From assembly GCA_963682135.1 (NCBI GenBank), contig OY821645.1, positions 1,664,001 to 1,728,000 of the forward strand: DNA of 64,000 nt, written 5' to 3'. The DNA comes from Methanothrix sp. (GTDB taxonomy: Archaea; Halobacteriota; Methanosarcinia; Methanotrichales; Methanotrichaceae). Shown here piece by piece: positions 48,289 to 57,658 of the stretch (positions are counted from its first letter, which is position 1; every line of letters begins with the position of its first letter). The position numbers and the translations under genes were made by a program. Under the pieces are notes generated by a model. That model made no database searches. It saw nothing but the letters and a program-made list of their open reading frames with translations, and was not told the origin of the DNA.

Positions 48289-51200
48289 TCAGGGCGGCGG
48301 AGAATATGCGCATGACGCGCAGATATCCGGCGATTGATCGAGTCCCCAGTCCGGAGGGCTCCAGTCTCCAGTGATCGTCTTCTGTTGGATACCGGTGGCC
48401 TTGCCAGTTGGCTTGCTGCTCAGCCAGTTGAGGTTCGAGAGCGTCGAATTATTCACCGTTATCCATGTTCCGTCATGTCCTGCTTTAACAAAGACCCAAT
48501 TAACAGGGGGTTCTAAGACAACGTACCTCATCAGCCTCAGGTACAAGGTCAGGGACCTGCCGATGGGAAGAGAGGTAAAGGTCCAGTTGGCGTGATCGGC
48601 ATCAAGAAGCACCTCCTCAGAGGGGTGTGCTGAGGCATCAAAGAAGCTCATTCCTGCCGGGAAGAGATCCATGAGGTAAATGGGCCCTAGAGTTCGGTTT
48701 CCGTCATTTAAGATGCTGATGGTGTAGTTGATGTTGTTCTCGTCCGTATTGTCAATCTCGCTTCTCTGGTAGATCGTTATGTGCGGCATCTCGTAATGCT
48801 TGACGGTGGTTATGGCGTTTGAGCGGTTGCTGTAGGTCGCGCCCAGTCTCTCCTTCACCCGGAAGCTGCCTGCGTAGTCGGAGCTCATCTCCATCAGCGT
48901 CGAAACATGTCCTTTGTCATCGGGCTTTGAGGCCTTGAAGTACCCGGCGTGGCGCATTCCCTCGAACTCTGAGTCTGCGGTCATATTGGTGCCGTTTCTG
49001 TCCATTTCGATTTGGCTCTCTTTGTTGATCTTGGTGGCATAGCGGTATGACTCTTCCATCGATTCCGATGTTACGTAGTTCTTGGCTTTCTGCCGGTCGG
49101 TCCATTTTGAATTATAGTCTATGGACTCTTTACCGGGAAGCTGGAAGTCAGTAGCCTGGTAGCTGACGGAGAGGTTGCTTGCATCTTTAATGGACCTGTT
49201 CTCCCGGAGGTATCTCAGTTCCTCCTCCCGCTCATAGCTGCCGCTGCCGCTTTCTCGCATGGCAAGTTTTGTGCCTGCCTCACCGCTAATGGTGACTTTA
49301 CTAACGGCAAACTGGCCGGAAAATCCCCGGCCGGTCATGCTCACCTGGTTGGTGAGGACCTGAGGCTCGCGGCCGGTGTTCAGATCCTTGTAGGTCCTAA
49401 CAAAGCCCAATCCCTTGGCAGACTGCTCCATAAAGAATTTGATCTTGGCCTCGTCCGGCGCCCTTACTGCTATGGTTATGGTCCCGGAAGCGCCGGCAGG
49501 CAGATAGCCTATCGTCCAGCGGTTGTCAGTACCGCTGTCAGGCGGAGGCGAAGCATAGATGAAAATTGTCCCTGCAGGATAGTTCTCTGTAATGACCACA
49601 TCAGAAATACCATTCGAATCTCCGTTCCGGTAATTTATGGTGTAGGTGATGGTCCCCCCGGGTGCAACTACAGATGATGATGCGGTCTTGTTGAGCTCCG
49701 TCTTGCAGATTACCCAGGTCAGACGGTAGCTGTCCCGCTGTGGCATCTTCGATACACCGCCATTGGAGGATGTGGCCACGATGTAATAATCCACTGTGCT
49801 TCCCAATGGATAGGCCGGAATCAATGCCGACCATGAGGCGTCCTTTGGATCTGCTCCTTCATCCATTACCATGTTTGTTTCAAAGCTTTGTCCTGCGGAA
49901 TCGGTATACTGGAGCATCACAGACGAAATGCCGACCGGGCTTGTGGCCCTGGCGCGAATAATCTGATCGTTTCCTGAGCAGACCCCTATCGTTCCTGGAG
50001 TGACAGATAAGATGCCGGGATTGCAGTCGAGCCAGGTCAACCGGTAGCTGCCTTCCTGAGGCATCCTCGATATATCTCCGTTGGAGGATGTGGCCTCGAT
50101 GTAGTACTCCACTACAGACCCAGCCGGATGGTCAGGAATTAATCCCGTCCATAGAGAAGATCCCGGATCGAATTGCATGCTCGTCTCATACTGTCCTGTG
50201 GAGTCGGCATAGTGAAGCACCATAGATAAAATTCCCACCGCCCCTGTAGCCCTTGCACTGATAGCCTGATCCTTTCCGGCGCAGACCTCTGCCGATCCGG
50301 GAGATACCAATGTGATGCCTGGGCGGCAGTCTAGCCAGGTCACGGTGAACTGGCCCAAGCCTTCGGGCGGATTGGGGCCGAGAGTATCCAGAGTATAGCC
50401 GTTTAGAGAGATGCTCAGCGTCTCTCCAGCCTGCCGCCCGGAGCCGGGTATGCTGCCAATCCAAGTTCCTTCAATCGGGTAAGGATCTGGGCCCAGCAGG
50501 TGCAGCGGATATTCTTTGCCCTCGTAGGTGATGGCAGCTCTGTAGAAATCCTGATCCGCATCCCTTATGGTAAAGCTTATCTGGGCGTCATTTCCGGCAC
50601 AGGGGGCGGTGATCTCATGGTCGATGAGCTCGGGTTCATCGCACTCTTCGAATACGGCGCGGTGCGACTGTGAGTTGGCCGTATATTTGCCGGTACTGGC
50701 AGTGATGTAATAGGTGATGGTTCGAACCTTCCTCTTGGAGATGGTGCCGCTCCAGATGGAATCCTTGGGATCGCTTCCCTGCCTGACCATATCCACCTCA
50801 TACACTCCAGGCTGACCCTCTTCCTCGAAGATGATGCGGGCGGAGACGACCCCGGCGGTGGCTGCAATCCTGGCAGTGATCTGCAGATCACCATCGCTCT
50901 CGCAGTCCTTATAGTCGCCCGGCGATATTTCCGAGATCTGGGGCGGAGTGCAATCCTGCCAGGATATTGTCCCGCTTTCGGAGACCGAGGTCCCTCCAGA
51001 GCTGTCTTTGGCAGTTACGCTGTATGTGACGGTCTGCCCTGCTTGCATCGCTAAACCGGTGATAGTTGCCGTCCAGTCGCCGGAGGTAGATCCCACTGGA
51101 CCGGACATGGGGATGGCAGATGAATCAAAGTTCAGAATGGCTGAGGCCACGCCGTGATCGTCCAGAATGTGGGCGGTCACTGTAACGTCCTCACCAGCGC

Positions 51201-54200
51201 ATGGCTGCGAATTTGACGGAATGACTGACTGGATTTCAGGGGCGGAGCAGTCTCTCCAATGGATCTGACCGGTTGCCGGGGTCGCTTTGTTTCCGGCGGC
51301 ATCTGTGGCCGATATGCTGAATGTGAGGACATAGCCGGCAGGTATGCCGGCACCCGGTACGGTAGCTGTCCACTCCCCGGATGGGGATGGACCGGTCATC
51401 GGATAGTCTGTCCCTTCGGCATTCAGGGTGGCAGAGGTTACGCCAATGTTATCGGTTATCTGAACGGTGATGGTTACATCATCTCCTGCGCATGGCTGCT
51501 GCGGAGATAAAGCAATGCTGCCGATCTCCGGATGGGAGCAATCCCTCCATGTGATGGTAAACTCGCCGGAGACCGTCGGATTTCCTAATGTGTCCAGGGC
51601 TCGCACCGTGTAGCTGAGAGAGCTTCCCGGAGGCATGCCGGCGCCAATGATGTTCGCCGTCCAATAGCCATCCAGTGAACCGGCAACTCCAGACATGGGA
51701 TGGGCCGATCCATCATAAACCAGCTCCGCCGATGCTACCCCATTATCGTCCTTGAGATGAGCGGTGATCAGAACATCCGTTCCGCCGCAGGGTGATTCAG
51801 TCGAGGGGGTTACTGATAAAATATCCGGACCGGTCAAATCGGGGCTTTCGCACTCTTTCCAAAGGATCGCACCCGATACGGGAGATGACGGGTTTGAACC
51901 GTCACTGGCGGTTACAGTGTAGCTGAGAGATGCACCTGCCGGCCTGCCGACAATTGTGTATGTCCAGTCGCCTTCTTTTGAGCCCACAGGCCCGGACATG
52001 GCATAGGGCGCGGAATCGTAGTAGAGATCCACCGAGGCTACTCCTACATCATCGGTCACATGGGCGGTGATGATCACATCCGTTCCGGCGCAGGGTGTGG
52101 AGCTGGAGGGAGTGACTGATTGCACAACCGGGGGCGTGCAGTCTCTCCAGGTTATGGAGCCTGCCACCGGCGTAGCCGCGTTCTCGGCGGCGTCTTCTGC
52201 CGTGATGCTGTAGCTTAGCGAATCTCCGGCTTTCCTGCCGGCGCCGATGATGGTTGCCGTCCAGTCTCCGTCATTCGCAGGCCCGATGGGGCCGGACATT
52301 TGATGGGATGTTCCTTCGTAGGTTATGGTGGCGGAGGTCACGCCCACGTTATCCGTGATGTGAACTTTAACGAAGACATCCTCTCCTGCGCAGGGGCTGG
52401 CCGGCTCCAGGACAGGGCTGCCGACGACGGGAGCAATGCAATCCCTCCAGGTTATTGTGAAGGTGGCGGAGGTTGCGGTGTTCCCCTCCCCGTCCTTGGC
52501 AGAAATGTAGCAGGATACGGATTGTCCTGTGCTCTTGCCCGCTATGGTGAAGAGCCAGTCACCTGGTCCCGCAGGTCCTGTCATTGAGAAGGGGACGCCA
52601 TCTATGTATATGGTCGCTGATGTTACGCCGGTGTTGTCGATTATGCTGGCTGTTATTGTAACCGCCTCCCCTCCGCAGGGAGAATCAATCGAGAGATCTA
52701 TGCTCTCTATCTCGGGAGCGCCGCAATCTCTCCAGGTTATCTTATAGACCGCAGAGGTCGCTGAGTTTTCTGCAGCATCAAAAGCAGTCACGCTGTATTC
52801 GACCGAGCTTCCGGCAGACCTGCCAGCGCCGGGGATGGTTGCCGTCCATTCGCCTGAGGGGGATGGGCCGGACATGGGGTGATCGATTCCCTCAAAGGTT
52901 AATATGGCCGATGCCACTCCTACGTCGTCAGTTATCACGGCAGTGATTGTCACATCAGCGGGCGGGCAGGGTGACAGGTCTGAGGGCACGACGGAAATGA
53001 TCTCAGGCGGCGTGCAATCTCTCCAGGTGATGGTGAAGCTGGAGGAATGGACAACTCTATCCAGGGCGTCCGTGGCGGAGATCGTAAAGGTCAAGGAATC
53101 TCCTGCCGCCTTTCCCGATCCCGGTATTGAATAGGTCCAATCTCCTGAGCTTGATTCGGCAGGACCGGACATCAGGTGGCTGGAACCATCGTAGTCAATG
53201 GTCACAGAAGCGACTCCTGGTCCTGCGGTGGCATGGGCGGTGATGAACACATCCGATCCGGCGCATGGCTGGAAGGTCGAGGCTTTCACCGAGGTGATGG
53301 CGGGAGGAGTGCAGTCTATGAAGGAGATGGCGTAATGGGCGGACTGGGATGTGAAAGTTCCGTCGTAGGCAGTTATCCAATAGGTGAGAGTCGAGCCTGC
53401 AGCCTGGCCGGGAACTTCGACCGTCCACTGCCCGTCTTTGACCGAGCCGGACCCGGCAACAAAGGTCATCGCCTTTTGGATGACGGCTCCCCCATTCACC
53501 TGATAGTTCAATGTGACCGATGTTACGCCGACATAGTCCACCACATGGGCGTTAACCACCTGTTCCAGGTCGCTGCATATCGGGCCGGAGAATACAGTCA
53601 CGTCATCTATACCCGGCGGGTCGCAGTCGACTATGGTAACAGGAGCGGTCGTTGTGCCGGTGCAGCCGTGATTGTCGGTGACGGTTAGCTTGACGTTGTA
53701 AGTTCCAAAGTTGGTGTATTGGTGAGTTGGGTTTGGACCGGTGCCTGTGCTTCCATCGCCATAGTCCCAGGCAAAGGTGTAGGGGGCCAAACCTTGAGTG
53801 GCCTGTCCGTGAAACTGGGTCAGCATTTCCGGACGGAAGCAGAGCGTGGGGGAATCGACGGTGAATGTGGGGACCGGATTGGCGTAGACCTGCACACTTG
53901 ATGTGACGCTCGCAGTGCACCCATGGGAATCGGTGACCTTGAGGGTCACCTGATAAGTGCCTGCGCTCAGGTAGCGGTGAACGGGATTTTGGTCCAGGCT
54001 GTGGGCGCTGCCGTCTCCAAAGTTCCACTCCCATTTGACAAGGGACGCCGGAGTGATTCCCACAGCGGTCCCGGGAGTGGATGTATCTATAAATTTCAGG
54101 TCAGATCCCAGGCAGATTGCCGGAATAGTGGGAAGGGTTGTGAAGGAAGCGATTGGTGCAGGATAGATTAAAACCTGACCGCTATGGCTGTCCGAACATT

Positions 54201-54921
54201 TCCCGTCGCTGGCGGTAACAGTCACCTGGTAGACTCCCGGCGCGCTGTACTGCCTTGATGGATTTTGCTGTGTGCTGGTAGATCCATCTCCTAAGTCCCA
54301 GTTGTAAGTGTAGGTTCCGGACCCGCCTGTGACCTGGCTTGTGAACTGGATGGGCTGACAGCTCTGGGGCGCGCAGATGCACTGGGGTGAGTTGCTGGTA
54401 AAGGCTGCCACAAGAGGAGTCTTGACGTTCAGGAGCGGCGTGCACCAGCTCTGTCCTGGGGGATGGCAGTTCTTGACGATGTCGCAGGTGCTTTCGCTTG
54501 GCGATGTGGACCAGGTGAGGATGATGTTCTTCAGATCCACGCTCTGGCCGCAGGTCCAGGAGAGGGGAATTTCAACCTTAATGGTCTGGCGTCCGCCAAT
54601 GGAGGGAGTTATGCAAGTGAATGTTCTCGGCTGGTCGACTCCATTCAGGGAGAGGGTATAGATCATGTAGATATTGTATCTGGAAGTTGCGGCTTGGTTA
54701 TACACTGTCAGAGCCAGGTAGGCACTGGCAGGATTGCCAGGCTCGCAGAAGCGGCAGGGCAGGTCGTTTCCGTTCTGGTCGGATATCTGCGCTCCGGTAA
54801 CCTCCACGTCCTCGGCGCTGCACTGGTAGTCGCAGTCCAGGGGAAAGGGGCTCACTGCCCCCAAGGCTGAAGGAATAATAAGCAAAGCAATTATTAAATT
54901 TATAATTACCACTTTTTTAAG
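48289..54921 (-). CDS. Giant (~2200 aa) secreted surface protein: Cys-rich N-domain, 3 PKD domains, ~13 Cys-containing Ig-like repeats, DUF11, shared C-terminal module (start uncertain; ORF open to 54981)
   Basis: Signal KKVVIINLIIALLIIPSALG; PKD motifs WDLGDG/WNFGDG/WDYGDG; repeats W(R/L)DCxPPxI...PC; LNKTASSSVVAPGGTITYTINY. Confidence 0.9.
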   Translation of the reverse strand, partial: LKKVVIINLIIALLIIPSALGAVSPFPLDCDYQCSAEDVEVTGAQISDQNGNDLPCRFCEPGNPASAYLALTVYNQAATSRYNIYMIYTLSLNGVDQPRTFTCITPSIGGRQTIKVEIPLSWTCGQSVDLKNIILTWSTSPSESTCDIVKNCHPPGQSWCTPLLNVKTPLVAAFTSNSPQCICAPQSCQPIQFTSQVTGGSGTYTYNWDLGDGSTSTQQNPSRQYSAPGVYQVTVTASDGKCSDSHSGQVLIYPAPIASFTTLPTIPAICLGSDLKFIDTSTPGTAVGITPASLVKWEWNFGDGSAHSLDQNPVHRYLSAGTYQVTLKVTDSHGCTASVTSSVQVYANPVPTFTVDSPTLCFRPEMLTQFHGQATQGLAPYTFAWDYGDGSTGTGPNPTHQYTNFGTYNVKLTVTDNHGCTGTTTAPVTIVDCDPPGIDDVTVFSGPICSDLEQVVNAHVVDYVGVTSVTLNYQVNGGAVIQKAMTFVAGSGSVKDGQWTVEVPGQAAGSTLTYWITAYDGTFTSQSAHYAISFIDCTPPAITSVKASTFQPCAGSDVFITAHATAGPGVASVTIDYDGSSHLMSGPAESSSGDWTYSIPGSGKAAGDSLTFTISATDALDRVVHSSSFTITWRDCTPPEIISVVPSDLSPCPPADVTITAVITDDVGVASAILTFEGIDHPMSGPSPSGEWTATIPGAGRSAGSSVEYSVTAFDAAENSATSAVYKITWRDCGAPEIESIDLSIDSPCGGEAVTITASIIDNTGVTSATIYIDGVPFSMTGPAGPGDWLFTIAGKSTGQSVSCYISAKDGEGNTATSATFTITWRDCIAPVVGSPVLEPASPCAGEDVFVKVHITDNVGVTSATITYEGTSHQMSGPIGPANDGDWTATIIGAGRKAGDSLSYSITAEDAAENAATPVAGSITWRDCTPPVVQSVTPSSSTPCAGTDVIITAHVTDDVGVASVDLYYDSAPYAMSGPVGSKEGDWTYTIVGRPAGASLSYTVTASDGSNPSSPVSGAILWKECESPDLTGPDILSVTPSTESPCGGTDVLITAHLKDDNGVASAELVYDGSAHPMSGVAGSLDGYWTANIIGAGMPPGSSLSYTVRALDTLGNPTVSGEFTITWRDCSHPEIGSIALSPQQPCAGDDVTITVQITDNIGVTSATLNAEGTDYPMTGPSPSGEWTATVPGAGIPAGYVLTFSISATDAAGNKATPATGQIHWRDCSAPEIQSVIPSNSQPCAGEDVTVTAHILDDHGVASAILNFDSSAIPMSGPVGSTSGDWTATITGLAMQAGQTVTYSVTAKDSSGGTSVSESGTISWQDCTPPQISEISPGDYKDCESDGDLQITARIAATAGVVSARIIFEEEGQPGVYEVDMVRQGSDPKDSIWSGTISKRKVRTITYYITASTGKYTANSQSHRAVFEECDEPELIDHEITAPCAGNDAQISFTIRDADQDFYRAAITYEGKEYPLHLLGPDPYPIEGTWIGSIPGSGRQAGETLSISLNGYTLDTLGPNPPEGLGQFTVTWLDCRPGITLVSPGSAEVCAGKDQAISARATGAVGILSMVLHYADSTGQYETSMQFDPGSSLWTGLIPDHPAGSVVEYYIEATSSNGDISRMPQEGSYRLTWLDCNPGILSVTPGTIGVCSGNDQIIRARATSPVGISSVMLQYTDSAGQSFETNMVMDEGADPKDASWSALIPAYPLGSTVDYYIVATSSNGGVSKMPQRDSYRLTWVICKTELNKTASSSVVAPGGTITYTINYRNGDSNGISDVVITENYPAGTIFIYASPPPDSGTDNRWTIGYLPAGASGTITIAVRAPDEAKIKFFMEQSAKGLGFVRTYKDLNTGREPQVLTNQVSMTGRGFSGQFAVSKVTISGEAGTKLAMRESGSGSYEREEELRYLRENRSIKDASNLSVSYQATDFQLPGKESIDYNSKWTDRQKAKNYVTSESMEESYRYATKINKESQIEMDRNGTNMTADSEFEGMRHAGYFKASKPDDKGHVSTLMEMSSDYAGSFRVKERLGATYSNRSNAITTVKHYEMPHITIYQRSEIDNTDENNINYTISILNDGNRTLGPIYLMDLFPAGMSFFDASAHPSEEVLLDADHANWTFTSLPIGRSLTLYLRLMRYVVLEPPVNWVFVKAGHDGTWITVNNSTLSNLNWLSSKPTGKATGIQQKTITGDWSPPDWGLDQSPDICASCAYSPPP
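49700..53635 (-). repeat. About 13 tandem ~100-aa intragenic repeats
   Basis: Units begin VDCDPP, IDCTPP, RDCTPP, RDCGAP, RDCIAP, RDCTPP, KECESP, RDCSHP, RDCSAP, QDCTPP, EECDEP, LDCRPG, LDCNPG. Confidence 0.85.
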
Positions 54922-55116
54922 ATTTTTTACCTCTTTCAATATCTTGAAGTCAGTGGATCGGATGCAATCTACATCAAACATGCTACATTCACCTTTCCAA
55001 TCTAGTTCACTTCGATTAGGTATGAATGATTATTAGATATAAACGATCCCGTTGATCATAAAAATTATGAATTATTTTTTAAAATTTTAAAAAAGTAAAT
55101 TATTACCCTGTAATAA

Positions 55117-56292
55117 TTACCTTACCATCATTCCCACCAGCTCTGTTGCCTCCACCAGCCCGTATCCGCCCCGCTTCGCTGCCATCTCATCAAAGCTCTC
55201 CACCCCATCCGGCTCAATTCCCTTGCCAGCGATGGTGAAGGGCACAGGATCGCGGCTGTGCGTCTTGATGGAGATGGGCGTGGCATGGTCGGGCAGGAGG
55301 AGCACGCGCCAGTCCTCGCCGCTCTTCTCCAGCCCTTCTACTATTGGACCGACGACCTGTTCATCGAAGAGCTCAATGGCTCTTGTCTTCAGCTCGGTGT
55401 TGCCTTCGTGGCCTGCTTCATCCGGGGCTTCGATATGCAGATAGACGAAGTCGCAGCTCTTCAAGGCCTGCAACGCAGCGGCCACCTTTCCTTCATAGTT
55501 GGTATCGATGGTGCCTGTGGCGCCTGCCACGTCTATGACCTCCAGCCCGGCGTATCTGCCGATGCCTTTGAGCAGGTCTACGGCGCTGATCATGGCACCT
55601 TTTTTGCCGTACTTTTCCGCGAAAGAGGGCATGACCGGAGCTGGCCCCTGTCCCCAGAGCCAGATGGCATTGGCGGGGCGCTTTCCGGCGGCGATGCGCT
55701 TTTCGTTAACGGGATGGCGGGCCAGAACGGGCTGGGCAGTCTGCATGAGCCGGATAAGCAGTTCTGCATCCGGGCCGCGAGGCAGGTGCTCTGCCACCGG
55801 CTGGTCGCTGATGTCGTGTGGCGGGGTGCAAAGCGCCTTCGCCCCGGCCCGCAAGACGAGCAGATTTCTGTAGCTTACGCCGGCGTAGAGCCGACGTTGC
55901 GGCATGAGTGGCTGCAAGGCCTCGATCAGCTCTTGGCCCTCCTCAGTGGAGATGTGCCCGGCGCTGTAGTCCGACATGACGCCGTTCTCAATTGTCACAA
56001 AATTGCAGCGAAAAGCGATATCGCCTTCGGCAAGCACGACGCCCATGGCCGCCGCCTCCAGAGGTGCGCGACCGGAGTAGCACAGGCTGGGCGAATAGCC
56101 CATGACGGAAAGGTTGGCTACATCGCTTCCCGGCGGAAAACCTTGCGGAACGGTCTGGGCCAGACCACTGCGGCCCAGCCGCGCCAGCCGGTCCATGTTG
56201 GGCTTTTTGGCTGCCTGCAAGGGCGTCTTGCCCTGCAACTGTGCCAGCGGCAGGTCTGCCATGCCGTCGCCTAAGAGAACTACGAGCTTCAT
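55117..56292 (-). CDS. apgM: Cofactor-independent phosphoglycerate mutase
   Basis: GDGMAD, KTPL, PGSDVAN, SGRAPLEAA, EAPDEAGH, PDHATP, THSRDPVP. Confidence 0.95.
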   Translation of the reverse strand: MKLVVLLGDGMADLPLAQLQGKTPLQAAKKPNMDRLARLGRSGLAQTVPQGFPPGSDVANLSVMGYSPSLCYSGRAPLEAAAMGVVLAEGDIAFRCNFVTIENGVMSDYSAGHISTEEGQELIEALQPLMPQRRLYAGVSYRNLLVLRAGAKALCTPPHDISDQPVAEHLPRGPDAELLIRLMQTAQPVLARHPVNEKRIAAGKRPANAIWLWGQGPAPVMPSFAEKYGKKGAMISAVDLLKGIGRYAGLEVIDVAGATGTIDTNYEGKVAAALQALKSCDFVYLHIEAPDEAGHEGNTELKTRAIELFDEQVVGPIVEGLEKSGEDWRVLLLPDHATPISIKTHSRDPVPFTIAGKGIEPDGVESFDEMAAKRGGYGLVEATELVGMMVR

Positions 56293-56444
56293 CTGGGATA
56301 CCATCGGGAAAATAGTATTAATTGTCTTCGTCCCGATCGGGAGCGAAGACAGGACGATTGAGAAGGCCATTTCCGCGAGGAAAACGGCCGATAGGCTGCT
56401 GCGGACATCACCCGTAGCCAGAAGGCTGCATTTCCAATCGACCT

Positions 56445-57638
56445 TCAGCCGCCGGAGATCATCTCTCTCGATACTTTTGCCCCTTTGTTTTCACACAAAG
56501 CATTATTGCCTTTCTCCATTTCCTGAACCTGTTTTTCTCCATTGGTGACAAGATCAATCAACTTTATAATTTCCGCCTTAATTTTCGGCTGAACTTTCTC
56601 CTTATAATTGCTGATTTCATCCAACTCCTCCATAACATTGGCATAGGCTATTATCAGCGTATCTACTGTGATATCACCCTTCTCTAATCGTTCCTGAATA
56701 GCATTCCCTTGGTCTTTTATTTTTACCGAGTTGTCTATGATGATACGATTGGTGAGGTCATCGACCTGGTTAAGTAAGTCTATGATAATATTTTGCCTGT
56801 AAAGAGCACTTGCAATCATCACTGCGGTCTTCAAAGCGGAGATCGTTACAATCTGGGCTCTTTCTACTCCACGAATCAGTTCCTTGTTATTTCTGCGTAC
56901 AATCTCTATCGAAATCATTGCCTGCTGATTGACTGCGATCATCTGCAGCATATCCTTAATCTTCTGCCGCAGCGGAAGGAGGATTTCTTCCTTGATATAT
57001 CTAATTTTTTCCGGATCTTCATTCCTGTCGCTTGCCGCTTCGATTTGCTCTTCAATCACCTCGGCCATCCTGGTGCCTAGTTGGACCTCTTTATGCAGCT
57101 TTTTGGTTAGAGTTCGAATCACCTTCTGTTCAGATACCAGAGTTTTATTATCGTCTTCCAGACCCTTTTTTCCTCTCTCCAATTTGTAAAAGATCTTTTT
57201 GATCACAGGATCTGCTTTTTCGTACTTGTCAAAATATATCCTGACCGGGTCGATCAACTTATTTATAATGCTGTCACGGCGGCGGAAATCTATCCTGCTG
57301 GGGTCAAGCTTTCTCAATACCTGCTGCAATTCACCTATACCTTTAACCACGTCACCTTCATCCTGGCCGTCTCTGGACAGATTCACGATCTTTATCTTCA
57401 GAAACGAATTGGGCGCTGTTTTGGCAGCCGAGGTTTTCATCGAGTCTTTGCCAAAAGACTCGATTTGTCTGATCTCAGGGCTTTCGATAAGTTCATCGAT
57501 ACCCTTTTTCATAATTTCCTCAGCATTTATTTCCCCCTGAGCCTGAAGCGGGGCGAGTTCCTCGGACACCGGTTTTGCCTGTTCCTGAATTTCTTTTTTA
57601 ATCTCCGCTTCATCGGGAACTTGCATTGTAAAGGCCAT
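56445..57638 (-). CDS. Toxic anion resistance protein (TelA/KlaA family)
   Basis: LDPS, YFDKYEKA, LRQKIKDM.QMIAVNQQ..I..EIVRRNNKELIRGVERAQ.VTISALKTAV. Confidence 0.85.
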   Translation of the reverse strand: MAFTMQVPDEAEIKKEIQEQAKPVSEELAPLQAQGEINAEEIMKKGIDELIESPEIRQIESFGKDSMKTSAAKTAPNSFLKIKIVNLSRDGQDEGDVVKGIGELQQVLRKLDPSRIDFRRRDSIINKLIDPVRIYFDKYEKADPVIKKIFYKLERGKKGLEDDNKTLVSEQKVIRTLTKKLHKEVQLGTRMAEVIEEQIEAASDRNEDPEKIRYIKEEILLPLRQKIKDMLQMIAVNQQAMISIEIVRRNNKELIRGVERAQIVTISALKTAVMIASALYRQNIIIDLLNQVDDLTNRIIIDNSVKIKDQGNAIQERLEKGDITVDTLIIAYANVMEELDEISNYKEKVQPKIKAEIIKLIDLVTNGEKQVQEMEKGNNALCENKGAKVSREMISGG

Positions 57639-57658
57639 TTCTTTAACACCTCTCGTGA

